NCBI GenBank assembly: GCA_963804165.1
Contig: CAWDPO010000003.1
Span: forward strand, 32,001-96,000
DNA: 64,000 nt
From: an uncultured delta proteobacterium
Lineage (GTDB): Bacteria > Desulfobacterota > Binatia > UBA9968
Reading direction: 5' to 3'
Positions within the stretch are counted from its first letter, which is position 1. Each line of letters begins with the position of its first letter. Shown piece after piece: positions 10,383 through 20,551 of the stretch. A program made the translations under genes and the position numbers. The notes beneath the pieces were generated by a model. The model saw nothing but the letters and a program-made list of their open reading frames with translations. It had not been told where the DNA came from and did not search any database.

Positions 10383-11753
10383 ATGTCTGAAGAAACTTTC
10401 AGCGAGAAGCTGGCCGGCTACCTTTCGCCACTTCGTTTCGACCAAATTCCCGCCGACGTCGTTGCCGCCGCTAGACTTCATATTCTCGATTCGCTCGGTT
10501 GTTTGCTAGCTGGTTCGCGTCTTGAAGCGGGCAAGTTGGCTTATGATCTGGCTGTAGCGACGAGCGGCGCGGCGGCCAATTCAACTTCAACCCTCTTTGG
10601 AACCGTGCGGCGAGTATCTTATCTGGATGCCGTACAGGCGATGGCCGTTGCGGCTCACTGCGGCGAGATGGATGATATTCACTCGGGTGCGGGAACTTGT
10701 GTCGGCGCGATGATCGTGCCCACGCTCATCGCGATGGCAGAGAATCATGGCGGAACTGGGAAAAGATTTATCGAGGCCGCCGTGAGCGGCTACGAAACCA
10801 TGATCCGAGTCGGACTGAGCATCGACGCGCCGAAATTGTTCGCGCGCGGCTGGTGGCCGAGCACGATCTGCGGCGCGTTCGGCGTCGCCGCCGCCGGCGC
10901 CAAGTTTTTGAATTGGACTACTGACAAAATGGCCAATGCCCTCGGTATCGCCGCGCTTCATAGCGGCGGGATGATCACGGGCGGCGGCGAAGGCGCGACG
11001 GCGCGCCACTTGGCTTTTGGGCATGCTGCTCAAAACGGTATTCATTCATTGTTGGCGGCACAGCAGGGATTCAGCGGACCGAAGCGCGCGTTCGAAGACC
11101 CGCGCGGTTTCTGCCTGACGCTCTGTGCTGCGCCGAAATGGGAAAACTTGCACGCCTTCGATTCGTTTCATCTGCCTGAGACAGCGTTCAAACCCTATCC
11201 CTGCGCCCGCCAATTGCACGCGGGTGTCGAAGCGCTGTTGAAGATCACCGGCCAGTATTCGCCGATGCCAGCAAAGATTGAGCAGATTGAATTGTTCCTG
11301 CCAACGCAGAACGCCGCCATGATGAATCGTCCGTCGATTACCTCGAGCCACGCAGCGACGGTGGGCAGCGGTCAGTACGTAATGGCGGTGACCACGCTGC
11401 GCGGTAAAATTGACTTGTTGTCATTCGAGGAAGAATATCTGAGCAGCGCTCAAGTGCGGACTCTGATGGCGAAAGTCGAAGTGAACGCAAGCACGGATCT
11501 CGATCGCCATTATCCAAAGTATTGGCCCGGACGGGTCACGTTGAGACTCATCGGCGGTGAAACCTATTCCGAGGAAGTAATTATCCCGAAAGGCGAGAGC
11601 GGGAATCCGATGACGCAGAGTGAAGTGGAGCAGAAGTTTTTGTCGCTGGCTGCGCCAGTGGTGGGGGATGAGAAAGCGCGGACCGTGGTCAACGAGGTTT
11701 ATTCGCTCGGTTTGAGAGACTCGTTGGGGCCACTGCTCGCGACGCTCAAGTGA
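10383..11753 (+). CDS. MmgE/PrpD family protein
   Basis: ILDSLG, EMDDIH, GYE, FKPYPC, PKGE..NPM. Confidence 0.85.
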   Translation: MSEETFSEKLAGYLSPLRFDQIPADVVAAARLHILDSLGCLLAGSRLEAGKLAYDLAVATSGAAANSTSTLFGTVRRVSYLDAVQAMAVAAHCGEMDDIHSGAGTCVGAMIVPTLIAMAENHGGTGKRFIEAAVSGYETMIRVGLSIDAPKLFARGWWPSTICGAFGVAAAGAKFLNWTTDKMANALGIAALHSGGMITGGGEGATARHLAFGHAAQNGIHSLLAAQQGFSGPKRAFEDPRGFCLTLCAAPKWENLHAFDSFHLPETAFKPYPCARQLHAGVEALLKITGQYSPMPAKIEQIELFLPTQNAAMMNRPSITSSHAATVGSGQYVMAVTTLRGKIDLLSFEEEYLSSAQVRTLMAKVEVNASTDLDRHYPKYWPGRVTLRLIGGETYSEEVIIPKGESGNPMTQSEVEQKFLSLAAPVVGDEKARTVVNEVYSLGLRDSLGPLLATLK

Positions 11754-11783
11754 TATGGTTACAATCCCTGGCAGGTCCAAATT

Positions 11784-11868
11784 CCTTCTCCCTCTGGGAG
11801 AAGGTCAGGATGAGGGCGTCTTAAGGTTTTACCCTCACCCTTCCCTCTCCCACTTCGTGGGCGAGGGT
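11784..11868. repeat. Palindromic repeat (CCTTCTCCCTCTGGGAGAAGG...CCCTCACCCTTCCCTCTCCC)
   Basis: Same family as 8051-8150. Confidence 0.65.
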
Positions 11869-11962
11869 AAATATCTGGCACGATTGAACGCTCAGAGACT
11901 CGTGAGATATAAGTGACGAATTAGCCAATTGATGAATTTCCTTTTAGGTTGGAGGTCCCAAT

Positions 11963-12745
11963 ATGACCGCAGATTCAACTCCCGGTTACGATCTTCTCTA
12001 CGACATCATTCGCCGCCGCGCCAGTGTGCGAAAACTGAAACCGGACCCTATTCCCGAGGAATATATCCAGAAGATTCTCGAAGCGGGCCGCTGGGCGATG
12101 TCGGGTGCCAACTCGCAACCGTGGGAATATATCGTCGTCAAAGATCCGAAAGTGAAAAAGGATCTCTTTCGCTGCTACTCGGAAGACAACACGGATTTCA
12201 TCTATTGGATGGAGCAACAGCGCGTGTTCGAGTTGCGCCATCCGGCGTATCAAATGACAGCGGACGAGGCGGTCGAGCGACAGCGGCGCGGCGCGGGCTG
12301 GTCGGAAGCGCCGGCGCTGATCGTCGTCGTCGGCGACGGGCGGCGTCAGTGGGGCACGGTGCAAGGCGCGCACACGTTCGGTCGCGATCAGTCGCACCTC
12401 ACCGACGGTTTGGCGAATACCTGCACGTTTATGCATCTAGCGGCGGTCTCGCTGGGGCTGGCGACGCAATGGGTGACGATCCACGTTCAGGAGCCGTTCA
12501 AGAAAGTACTCGGCGTACCGGATCTGATGATGCTGTATCTGATCATTCCCATCGGCTATCCTGCGGTGCAACCGTCGGAAGGTGTGCGCCGGCCGCTCGA
12601 AGAAATCGTCCACCACGATCATTACGAACAAGAGAAATTCATGAGCAACGAGCGCGTGATTCAATTCCTCTACGAGCTGCGCGGCAAGACTTTGCAGACG
12701 TATCGGCAGTCTTATGTGGGGAAGGAAGAGCCGAAGAAGACGTAA
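11963..12745 (+). CDS. Nitroreductase family flavoprotein (paralogue 2)
   Basis: Close paralogue of 2717-3502 (AMSGANSQPWE, GDGRRQWGTV, HTFGRDQSHLTDGLAN shared). Confidence 0.85.
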   Translation: MTADSTPGYDLLYDIIRRRASVRKLKPDPIPEEYIQKILEAGRWAMSGANSQPWEYIVVKDPKVKKDLFRCYSEDNTDFIYWMEQQRVFELRHPAYQMTADEAVERQRRGAGWSEAPALIVVVGDGRRQWGTVQGAHTFGRDQSHLTDGLANTCTFMHLAAVSLGLATQWVTIHVQEPFKKVLGVPDLMMLYLIIPIGYPAVQPSEGVRRPLEEIVHHDHYEQEKFMSNERVIQFLYELRGKTLQTYRQSYVGKEEPKKT

Positions 12746-12773
12746 GGCGTCAGGCGATAGTCGGAAGGTAGGC

Positions 12774-12887
12774 GTTCAAGTCGTTCAAATCGTTCAAGCA
12801 GTTCAAATCGTCAAAGAGACTCCTCGGCCCCCGTTAGACGGCTTGAACGGAGCGCAGCGATTGAACGTTTTGAACGGCTTGAACGCC
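12774..12887. repeat. GTTCAA/TTGAAC 9-bp-period hairpin array
   Basis: gttcaagtc-gttcaaatc-gttcaagca-gttcaaatc ... ttgaacgga..ttgaacgtt-ttgaacggc-ttgaacg. Confidence 0.7.
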
Positions 12888-12900
12888 CGTAAATAAACCT

Positions 12901-14583
12901 ATGTCCGTAGACCCAATCACTGTAGAAATCATTCGCTGCGCGCTGAAGGCTGCCGCTAACGAGATGTCGGTGGTGCTCAAGCGCACGGCGTATAACATGA
13001 TGATTTACGAAGTGCAGGACTACTGCGTCAGCATCGTCGATCATGAAGGCCGGACGATGTCGCAGAACGAAGGCGCGTTGCCGATTTTTCTCGCCGATCT
13101 TGGCGTCGCCGTGCAGGATGGCGTGGAAGTCTACGGCTTGGACAATATTCGTCCCGGCGACGTGTTTCTGGTCAACCATCCGGAGATCTGCGGCCAGCAT
13201 CTCAACAATATGGTCGTCTATACGCCGTTTTTCTGGGACGGCAAGCTGCTTGGCTTTCTCGCAGTGCGGGCGCATTGGATCGACGTCGGCGGCGGCAGCA
13301 CCGGTTTCGGTTCGAGCAACACCCGCGACGTTTACGAAGAAGGATTGCAGGTGCGCTCGGTGAAGATTTACAACGAGGGCCGGCCGAACACTGAAGTGTT
13401 GCGTCTCATCGAGGACAACATTCGCTTTCCCGAATCTTCGTTCGGCGATCTGCGCGCGCAGATCGCTTGTTGCCGCACCGGCGAAGAGCGGCTCAATCAG
13501 ATTTGTCGCAAGTACGGCGGTGGAGTTTTTATCGAGGCCGTCGAGACAATTTGGGATCACACGGACAAGCTCGTGCGCGAATCGGTGCGCACGATCCCTG
13601 ACGGCGATTACGAAGCCTCGTCCTTCCTCGACGACGACGGCAGAGTGATGAACAAGACGATTCCCATTAAAGTGAAGATCACCGTGCGCGGCGACGAGCT
13701 GACCGTCGATTTTTCCGATGTCGCCGATCAAGTGCCGGGCTTCATCAACTGCGGCTCGTCCGGCGGCATGGCGGCGGCACGGGTCGCGTTCAAGGCGTTG
13801 ACATCGCCGCACCGCGAAGTCAACGAAGGCTCGTTTCGCGCGCTAAAGGTTATTCTTCCGCCGGGCAAATTATTGAGTGCGCGCCGTCCCGCGCCCATCG
13901 GCGGCTGGAGCCTGTCGCTGCCGACGGTGCTCGACACGATCTTGCGCGCGTTGGCGCCGGCGCTGCCGGAGCATATTCCCGCGGCCCACAAAGGCGATAT
14001 GGGCGGCTACGCGATTTTCGGCATGAATCCCAAAACCGGACGGCGCTACGTCTGCCAGAATATTATTGGCGGCGGTTGGGGCGGGCGGCCGTTCGAGGAC
14101 GGCGTTTCCGCCGCTGTGTCGATGTGCCAGGGCGACGTAAAAAATACGCCGATCGAATTGCAAGAACTCTATTATCCGCTCATATACGAATGCCATGCTT
14201 TCAGGCCCGACAGCGGCGGCTCCGGCAAATATCGCGGCGGCATCGGCGTCGAAGTTAAAGTAAAGCCTCTCACGGATTTTTATCTGAGCCGCAACACGGA
14301 TCGAATCAAATGCCCGCCGTGGGGTTTACTCGGCGGAGGCCAGGGAGCTGTGAACGAAACCATCATTCAGCGCAACGGCTCAGAGGAGAAGCTGCCGGGG
14401 AAATTCAGCCATTTGCTCGTGCACCCGGGTGAAACGGTGATTTTTCTCACCGCAGGAGGCGGCGGCTATGGCGAGCCGACCGAGCGCGATGCCGAGGCGG
14501 TAAAGCAAGACGTTGAACTCGGTTACGTTTCCGCAGCGCAAGCCAAGCAACAGTACTCGAAGGGCACTTCGAGTCGATTGTGA
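12901..14583 (+). CDS. Hydantoinase B/5-oxoprolinase family subunit (paralogue 2)
   Basis: Same motifs as 3691-5352; clear paralogue. Confidence 0.9.
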   Translation: MSVDPITVEIIRCALKAAANEMSVVLKRTAYNMMIYEVQDYCVSIVDHEGRTMSQNEGALPIFLADLGVAVQDGVEVYGLDNIRPGDVFLVNHPEICGQHLNNMVVYTPFFWDGKLLGFLAVRAHWIDVGGGSTGFGSSNTRDVYEEGLQVRSVKIYNEGRPNTEVLRLIEDNIRFPESSFGDLRAQIACCRTGEERLNQICRKYGGGVFIEAVETIWDHTDKLVRESVRTIPDGDYEASSFLDDDGRVMNKTIPIKVKITVRGDELTVDFSDVADQVPGFINCGSSGGMAAARVAFKALTSPHREVNEGSFRALKVILPPGKLLSARRPAPIGGWSLSLPTVLDTILRALAPALPEHIPAAHKGDMGGYAIFGMNPKTGRRYVCQNIIGGGWGGRPFEDGVSAAVSMCQGDVKNTPIELQELYYPLIYECHAFRPDSGGSGKYRGGIGVEVKVKPLTDFYLSRNTDRIKCPPWGLLGGGQGAVNETIIQRNGSEEKLPGKFSHLLVHPGETVIFLTAGGGGYGEPTERDAEAVKQDVELGYVSAAQAKQQYSKGTSSRL

Positions 14584-14649
14584 ATCGCCTCCAGGGCGGG
14601 TCTGATCCTCGGATTGGCGCACCTCACGCAACCTGCGTCGTCAAGAGAT

Positions 14650-16170
14650 CTACGAAGAGCTTGCAACACCTGCGTTTTTCATTCGCCCGATCACGCTGTG
14701 ATGCCATCCGTAGGCGAAATAGACCGCGAATCCCACAAGTAGCCAAACGATGAGCCGCAGCCAATTCTCCACGGGCAGAGAGAACATCAACAAGGAGCAG
14801 GAAGCGATTCCGAGCAGCGGGATCAGCGGCACGAGAGGACAACGGAAGGGCCGAGGCAAGTCCGGATCGGATCGGCGCATGATCAGCACGGAGGCGCAGA
14901 CGATCACGAACGCCAGCAGTGTTCCGATATTCACCAGCTCAGCGAGGATGCGGAGCGGTAACAGCGCGCCCATCAGTCCGACGACGCTGCCGGTCAATAG
15001 GGTTGACTTCCACGGCGTGCGAAAGCGTGGGTGCACTGAACCAAAAAAACTCGTCGGCAGAAGGCCGTCGCGCGCCATCACCAGCATGATGCGCGGCTGG
15101 CTCAGCAGGAGCACCATTAAAACCGAAGTGATGCCGGTCAAAGCGCCAAGCGAAATCAGCGCATGAGCCCAGGGTAGACCGACGTGGCTGAAGGCTTTGG
15201 CGATAGGGGCGTCGATATCGATTTGCTGATAGGGCACCATGCCGGTCACGACCGCAGCGACGGCGATGTAGAGGATCGTGCAAAGCATGAGCGATCCGAT
15301 GATGCCGATGGGGACGTCGCGGCTCGGATGGCGTGCTTCTTCCGCGTGAGTCGACACCGAATCGAAGCCGATGTAGGCGTAAAACACGATGGCGGCTCCG
15401 GCCATCATGCCAAGCGGCTCGCCGCCAGCGCCATGTTGTCCCATGACCGTGCTGCCAAATAAGCTGATGCCGGTGTACCCATAGGGAGCGAAAGGCTGCC
15501 AATTGCGTGGATCGACGTAAAACACGCCGATGGCGATAATCAACAGCACCACGGCGAGCTTGATCAGGACCATGAAAAAGTTAAACGCGGCGCTCTGGCG
15601 AATACCAGTGATCAGAATGACGGTGAGCAAAGCCGTAATCAGCAGCGCAGGCATGTCGACGACGGCGCCGGTGGAGATAAATGCTCCGGTGGCAGGATTG
15701 AAATCGAAAGGCGCGTTGGTAAGAGCCGCCGGGAGTTTGATGCCGAGTAGACGGAGAAAGTCCACGAAATAGTGTGACCAGCCGTGGGCGACGCTCGCCG
15801 CTCCCACGCCGTACTCGAGTAGCAAGTCCCAGCCGATAATCCAAGCGAACAGTTCGCCCAGAGTCGCGTAGGCGTAGGTGTACGCGGATCCCGCTACCGG
15901 CACCATCGAGGCGAATTCAGCATAGCAGAGAGCGGCGAAGGCGCAGGCGGAGCCGGCGATGACAAACGACAGCATGGTCGCCGGGCCGGCTTTGTCTTTG
16001 GCGACGACACCGATGATGACGAAAATTCCAGCCCCGATGATCGCGCCGACTCCAAGGCTCGTCAGCTGGAGCGGTCCGAGCACAGGCCGCAGACGATCCC
16101 CGCCACCGGCTTCCTTCAGCAACAGACTGGTCGGCTTTTTTGCTAGCGATGAAGTATGCCTGGCTGTCAT
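14650..16170 (-). CDS. APC-superfamily amino acid permease
   Basis: GAIIGAGIF, CYAEFASMVPVAGSAYTY, YIGFD; many TM helices. Confidence 0.92.
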   Translation of the reverse strand: MTARHTSSLAKKPTSLLLKEAGGGDRLRPVLGPLQLTSLGVGAIIGAGIFVIIGVVAKDKAGPATMLSFVIAGSACAFAALCYAEFASMVPVAGSAYTYAYATLGELFAWIIGWDLLLEYGVGAASVAHGWSHYFVDFLRLLGIKLPAALTNAPFDFNPATGAFISTGAVVDMPALLITALLTVILITGIRQSAAFNFFMVLIKLAVVLLIIAIGVFYVDPRNWQPFAPYGYTGISLFGSTVMGQHGAGGEPLGMMAGAAIVFYAYIGFDSVSTHAEEARHPSRDVPIGIIGSLMLCTILYIAVAAVVTGMVPYQQIDIDAPIAKAFSHVGLPWAHALISLGALTGITSVLMVLLLSQPRIMLVMARDGLLPTSFFGSVHPRFRTPWKSTLLTGSVVGLMGALLPLRILAELVNIGTLLAFVIVCASVLIMRRSDPDLPRPFRCPLVPLIPLLGIASCSLLMFSLPVENWLRLIVWLLVGFAVYFAYGWHHSVIGRMKNAGVASSS

Positions 16171-16441
16171 GCATCAGGCAGATACAGTGCGCGCGAGGGC
16201 AATGCAAGATTCATTGGATGACCAGGCGGTGAGATTTTTTAAAGGCGTCACATTGTCGACGATGGTTGCGAAACCATCCGGATTCCCGCTTGAAGCCTGC
16301 GATGATGACGGGCTAAGGAGAATCGCCGCGCTTGACGCTGCGGGTTCATCCTTCTACTATCCGGGCAATTTCGCTGTGAAGGTCGGGCTGATTCTCATTT
16401 AGTCATTGACGATCCGTTTTGGGCGAGATCAGAGGAAACAT

Positions 16442-17410
16442 ATGCAAGCTTCGCTGAAAACAATTCTCACGCTAACAGTCGTTTGGTTCCTCATTCAGAC
16501 CGGCGCGACGCAGGCCCGCGAAGCGGTCATCGGCTACTCCGGTCGAACCATCGCCGAGATGCCCTTCGCGTGGGCCAGTCGAAAAGGATTTTTCAAGGAA
16601 GCGAACCTCGACGTGAAGATGATCTACATGTCCACCAGCATCGCCGCCAAAGGACTGATGAGCGGCGACGTCGATTATTCCACCGCCATGGGCGGCACGC
16701 TGCGCGCCGCGATCGCCGGCGCGCCGCTGATCGGCATCTACTCGATGTTTAAAGCGCAGATGTATCTGGTCGCGCAACCGCGCTTCAAACAGGTGACCGA
16801 CTTGAAAGGAAAAACCGTCGGCATCAGCGTCTTCGGCGGCGCCTACGATCTGGTCGCCCGGACGATTCTCAAACACCATGGACTCGATCCGGAGAAGCAG
16901 GTGACCCTCTTGCAGATCGGCGACAGCCGCACGCTCTATAGCGCGCTGGCGGCGGGCACTATTGACAGCGCCATCCTCGGTCCGCCCTACGACATCAAAG
17001 CCGAGCTGGAGGGCAACAATCGTTTGTTCGACTCATCGGAGATCTTCGACATGCCGTTCTCCGGCCTGGCGACGAGCAAGAAGAAACTGCAGCAAGACCG
17101 CGCCGAGGTGAAGGCGATCGTGCGCGGCCTGGAGCGCATCCGCCGCCACATCGCGGCGAACCGCACCGAAGCGGAAGCGTTCGTCAAGCAATTTTTGAAT
17201 CTGAACGACAAGGAAGCGCGCCTGTCGGTGGCGCAGATGGTGAAATCCTTTCGCGACACCGGCCGCACGACGGACGAAGCGGTGGTGGATTTCATCGAGA
17301 CGACGCTGCGCAGCACGAAGCAGAAAGTCGGCAACATCAAGCCCAATGACATCGTCGACTGGAGCGTGACGACCGAAGTGGTTCGAGAGCTGGATAGAGA
17401 AAAAAAATAA
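16442..17410 (+). CDS. ABC transporter substrate-binding protein (NMT1/SsuA-like)
   Basis: Signal peptide, KGFFKEANLDV, DLKGKTVGIS, HGLDP. Confidence 0.85.
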   Translation: MQASLKTILTLTVVWFLIQTGATQAREAVIGYSGRTIAEMPFAWASRKGFFKEANLDVKMIYMSTSIAAKGLMSGDVDYSTAMGGTLRAAIAGAPLIGIYSMFKAQMYLVAQPRFKQVTDLKGKTVGISVFGGAYDLVARTILKHHGLDPEKQVTLLQIGDSRTLYSALAAGTIDSAILGPPYDIKAELEGNNRLFDSSEIFDMPFSGLATSKKKLQQDRAEVKAIVRGLERIRRHIAANRTEAEAFVKQFLNLNDKEARLSVAQMVKSFRDTGRTTDEAVVDFIETTLRSTKQKVGNIKPNDIVDWSVTTEVVRELDREKK

Positions 17411-17473
17411 TCGATATCTCACCACGAAGGGTACACCTCCACCTTCGTCCTTCGCGACGAGCCTGTGTTCCAG

Positions 17474-17556
17474 TGTCATCCTGAGGCGCTAGCCGAAGGA
17501 TCTCGCCTTCATAGGTGGAAGAAATGCGAGATTCTTCGCTGACGCTCAGAATGACA
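17474..17556. repeat. REP-like palindrome TGTCATCCTGAG...CTCAGAATGACA
   Basis: Copy of 5436-5514. Confidence 0.75.
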
Positions 17557-17698
17557 TCAACGCGACGTTCGCGATTGCGAACACTTCGGAGGGAAAACGG
17601 GTCGGGAGATTCAACCACAACGTAGACAGGTGACAAAATGAATTGCTTTCCTCCGATGACGAGGGGGAAAGAGGGAAGTTGATCCCTTGGAGGACTTT

Positions 17699-18595
17699 AT
17701 GAATGGGATGCACCTGACGGTTATTGGCCTCGCCGCTGCGGCGCTCCTGGGCTTGCACGGAGACGCGGGATCGTTGTTCCTGGTTATGGCATCCGCGGCA
17801 CAAACTGCTAGCCCGCGGTTCGCGGGATACGCGGATCTGCCGGGCGTGCGCCTCTGGTACACGGACAGCGGCGGCAGCGGCGTGCCGCTCGTACTGCTCC
17901 ACGCCAACACCGGCACTGCCGACAGCTGGCAGCACAATATTCCGGGCTTGGTCGAGGCGGGATATCGAGTTATCGCTTTCGATCGGCGCGGATGGGGCCG
18001 CAGCACTGCGAATCCGGACAGCGGTCCTCAGCCCGGCACCATCGCGGAAGATCTGCAAGCTCTGGCGGAATATCTGAAAATCGACCGATTTCATCTCGTC
18101 GGCGTGGCGGGCGGCGGCTTCGCGGCGTACGACTACGTTCTCTGGCATCCGGAGCGGCTGCGCAGTCTGGTCGTCGCCGCCAGCGGCGGCGCCATCACCG
18201 ACGAAGAAATGCGCAAGCTGCGCCAGAAGACGGCGCTTCCCGGGTTTGCGAGCTGGCCGCCGGAGTTTCGCGAAGTGAGCATGGGCTACATGGCGACCAA
18301 CCCCGAGGGTCTGCAACGCTGGCTGGAGATTCACCACAACTCGCGGCAGGAGGGCGCGCCGGCGCAGGGCCAACACACGACGATCACCTACGAGAAGCTC
18401 TCGACGATTCGCGTGCCGACGCTTTTGATGCCCGGAGATCAGGACCTGCAGACGCCGCCCTGGGTCATGCGCCGCCAGCTCGCCAATATTCCCGGCGCCC
18501 AGTTCATCGTGCTGCCCGAGGCCGCTCACTCGATCAACTGGGAGCAGCCCGAGGCCTTCAACCGCAACGTCATCGAGTTCATCCACAAGCATTAG
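17699..18595 (+). CDS. Alpha/beta hydrolase with Ala at the nucleophile position (GVAGG)
   Basis: LLHAN, FDRRGWG, GDQD, AAHS; N-terminal hydrophobic stretch; GGAGG RBS. Confidence 0.8.
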   Translation: MNGMHLTVIGLAAAALLGLHGDAGSLFLVMASAAQTASPRFAGYADLPGVRLWYTDSGGSGVPLVLLHANTGTADSWQHNIPGLVEAGYRVIAFDRRGWGRSTANPDSGPQPGTIAEDLQALAEYLKIDRFHLVGVAGGGFAAYDYVLWHPERLRSLVVAASGGAITDEEMRKLRQKTALPGFASWPPEFREVSMGYMATNPEGLQRWLEIHHNSRQEGAPAQGQHTTITYEKLSTIRVPTLLMPGDQDLQTPPWVMRRQLANIPGAQFIVLPEAAHSINWEQPEAFNRNVIEFIHKH

Positions 18596-18640
18596 CCGCT
18601 GACCTGACCCGTGGCGCATGACACGGGGAAGTCACACAGC

Positions 18641-19696
18641 CTACGGGAGCGGCAAGGCGTCCGCGCCGGAGAGCTTGTTAAACAGTTCGACAACTTCTGG
18701 GTCGCGCGGTAAGTCGCGAACTGCTTTCTCGAGTTCTTCCGGCGGCAACGGCGTGGGCTCCTCGCCGACAAGCTTTTTAAATTCCGCGTAGAATTCAGGG
18801 TCGGCAAAAGTCTTGCGCATGGCTTCCCGCAGGATCCGGACCCTATCGGGGGGCGTTCCCGGAGGAAGGATGAAAGGAGTTCCCGCGCTGACAAAGGCCC
18901 TTTGCATGGCAAGAAGTTTTCGGTCCTTCTCCGATTTCGTAAACCGTTCGATATCGGGCAGCTTGGCGAAGATCGCATGCGGGTGTCTTCGCCCCTTTGG
19001 AACTTCGTTGACGACATGAAAATCCATCAGTTTCTTCTCGATCCAGTCAGGCGCTTCTCGTACCAGAGTGGCCTGGATGGTCCACCTGGCATCGAGCTCG
19101 CCTTGCATTAACGCGACATTGACTTCGTTACCTTGGGCGAATCCGGTAACGAACCTTGGCTCTTTCATGCCGATCATATACGCGAGGATTCGGCCGATGT
19201 TATAGAGGTTATGCCCCACAGACTGAGCGCCGATACGCACGCCCGAGGCGCTGCGAAGCTTCTCCATGCTATCCAGGCGTGCCTCCTTACGGCTCAAAAA
19301 AATGTAAGGTTCGCCGCTGGTCGGAGATCCAAGATAGTTTAGTTTGTCGATGTCATAGAGAACCCCGGTCGAGCCAAGCACTGCCGCCGGCACAAAGCTC
19401 GAGAGCATAACGCCCAGGGTCAGCCCGTCCGGTCGAGCCCTGTAGATATAGTTTCCAGCCTTTCGCGATCCACCGCCCGGCATGTACTCGATGATGAAGG
19501 TCGGTCTTCCCGGTATGTGTTTCCGGAGTACAGCAGCCGTCGCTCTGAAGCGCAAATCCACCGTGCCTCCAGGTCCGCCCCCGTAGACAACATTGATGGT
19601 CTTGCCTTGATAGAAGTTAGACTGAGAGAATCCGTGTCCGGGAAGCCCGAAGCCCAACAGCATGGCCAAGATGATCCTGACAACCAGTTTTTTCAC
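18641..19696 (-). CDS. Tripartite tricarboxylate transporter (TctC/Bug) family binding protein
   Basis: FYQGKTI, PGGTVD, HIPG.P, MPGGG, PDGLTL, PPGTP. Confidence 0.85.
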   Translation of the reverse strand: MKKLVVRIILAMLLGFGLPGHGFSQSNFYQGKTINVVYGGGPGGTVDLRFRATAAVLRKHIPGRPTFIIEYMPGGGSRKAGNYIYRARPDGLTLGVMLSSFVPAAVLGSTGVLYDIDKLNYLGSPTSGEPYIFLSRKEARLDSMEKLRSASGVRIGAQSVGHNLYNIGRILAYMIGMKEPRFVTGFAQGNEVNVALMQGELDARWTIQATLVREAPDWIEKKLMDFHVVNEVPKGRRHPHAIFAKLPDIERFTKSEKDRKLLAMQRAFVSAGTPFILPPGTPPDRVRILREAMRKTFADPEFYAEFKKLVGEEPTPLPPEELEKAVRDLPRDPEVVELFNKLSGADALPLP

Positions 19697-20306
19697 GGCA
19701 ACCTCCTGCGCGATTTCAGCGAGGATCACGACACAATCGTACGAGTGATCTCCCGGATGTCGATTTCGCCGTCACCGAAACTTGCATCGGCTAAGCGCAT
19801 CCAAAGGGAATTTTTGATTTAGTGGCTCAAGCAATGGCTCTTTGGTCTCATGAATGTCGACCGAGATGAACGATAGGAATTTGTTTTTGAGTTACAGCCG
19901 TCGACAAGGCTAGTTCTCTCCGCAATTTCCAGGGGAGAATTTCCGATAATCGGATCTTAATGTCAATCTTGGTATGTTTACTTGCCAAAACACTGAGAAC
20001 ACGTTCAGATTTCGTTGAGCGATCTTTCTTACGCACGCCCACTCCCGCGAAGCGCTGGCAAAATCTATTGATTCGTCTTCTGCCTTCGAGCGATAGTTGC
20101 GGATTTGCGCAATTGAGCAAACGTGCAATTTATTTTGGTGAGTTTGTGCCGCCGGCGAGACTCAGGGCATGCTTTTTCAAAGAGGGGTGAGAATCGTATG
20201 GAGAAATTCTCCCTTTGAATCGCTAAGGGTTCATTCCCCGCAGCTTGCTACGTGAAATGGATCGTCAATCCTAAGTCCGTCATTCCCGCATGCTTTAAGC
20301 GGGAAT

Positions 20307-20510
20307 CTAGTGTCCTGTCTCAGAAGTTCGCGACATAATTCTCGCGTCATTCCGTCGGAAAATCTCCCCTTCCCCTCTTTGGCAAAGAGGGGTGAGAATC
20401 GCACGGAGAAAATTCCCCGTTTGAAAAAGGGGGACAAAGGGGGATTTGAGTTCGACTTCAGCTGTTGCCATCGTTTGGACTTTTAAACGAACTTCCGAGA
20501 CGCATACTAG
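20307..20510. mobile_element. MITE of about 204 bp, CTAG-flanked, TIR CTAGTRT..GTCTCRGAAGTTCG
   Basis: Left ctagtgtcctgtctcagaagttcg, right cgaacttccgagacgcatactag. Inverted second copy at 31207-32835 and degenerate copy near 60850-61010. Confidence 0.8.
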
Positions 20511-20551
20511 CTTAAGCCGCCAGCCATGAGGGCCGGTAAGCATCGAGCCTC

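Noticed and set aside
12774-12887. GTTCAA/TTGAAC arrays as a CRISPR array
   Set aside because: Units are 6-9 bp with no unique 30-40 bp spacers, they are arranged as inverted arrays, and no cas genes are present.
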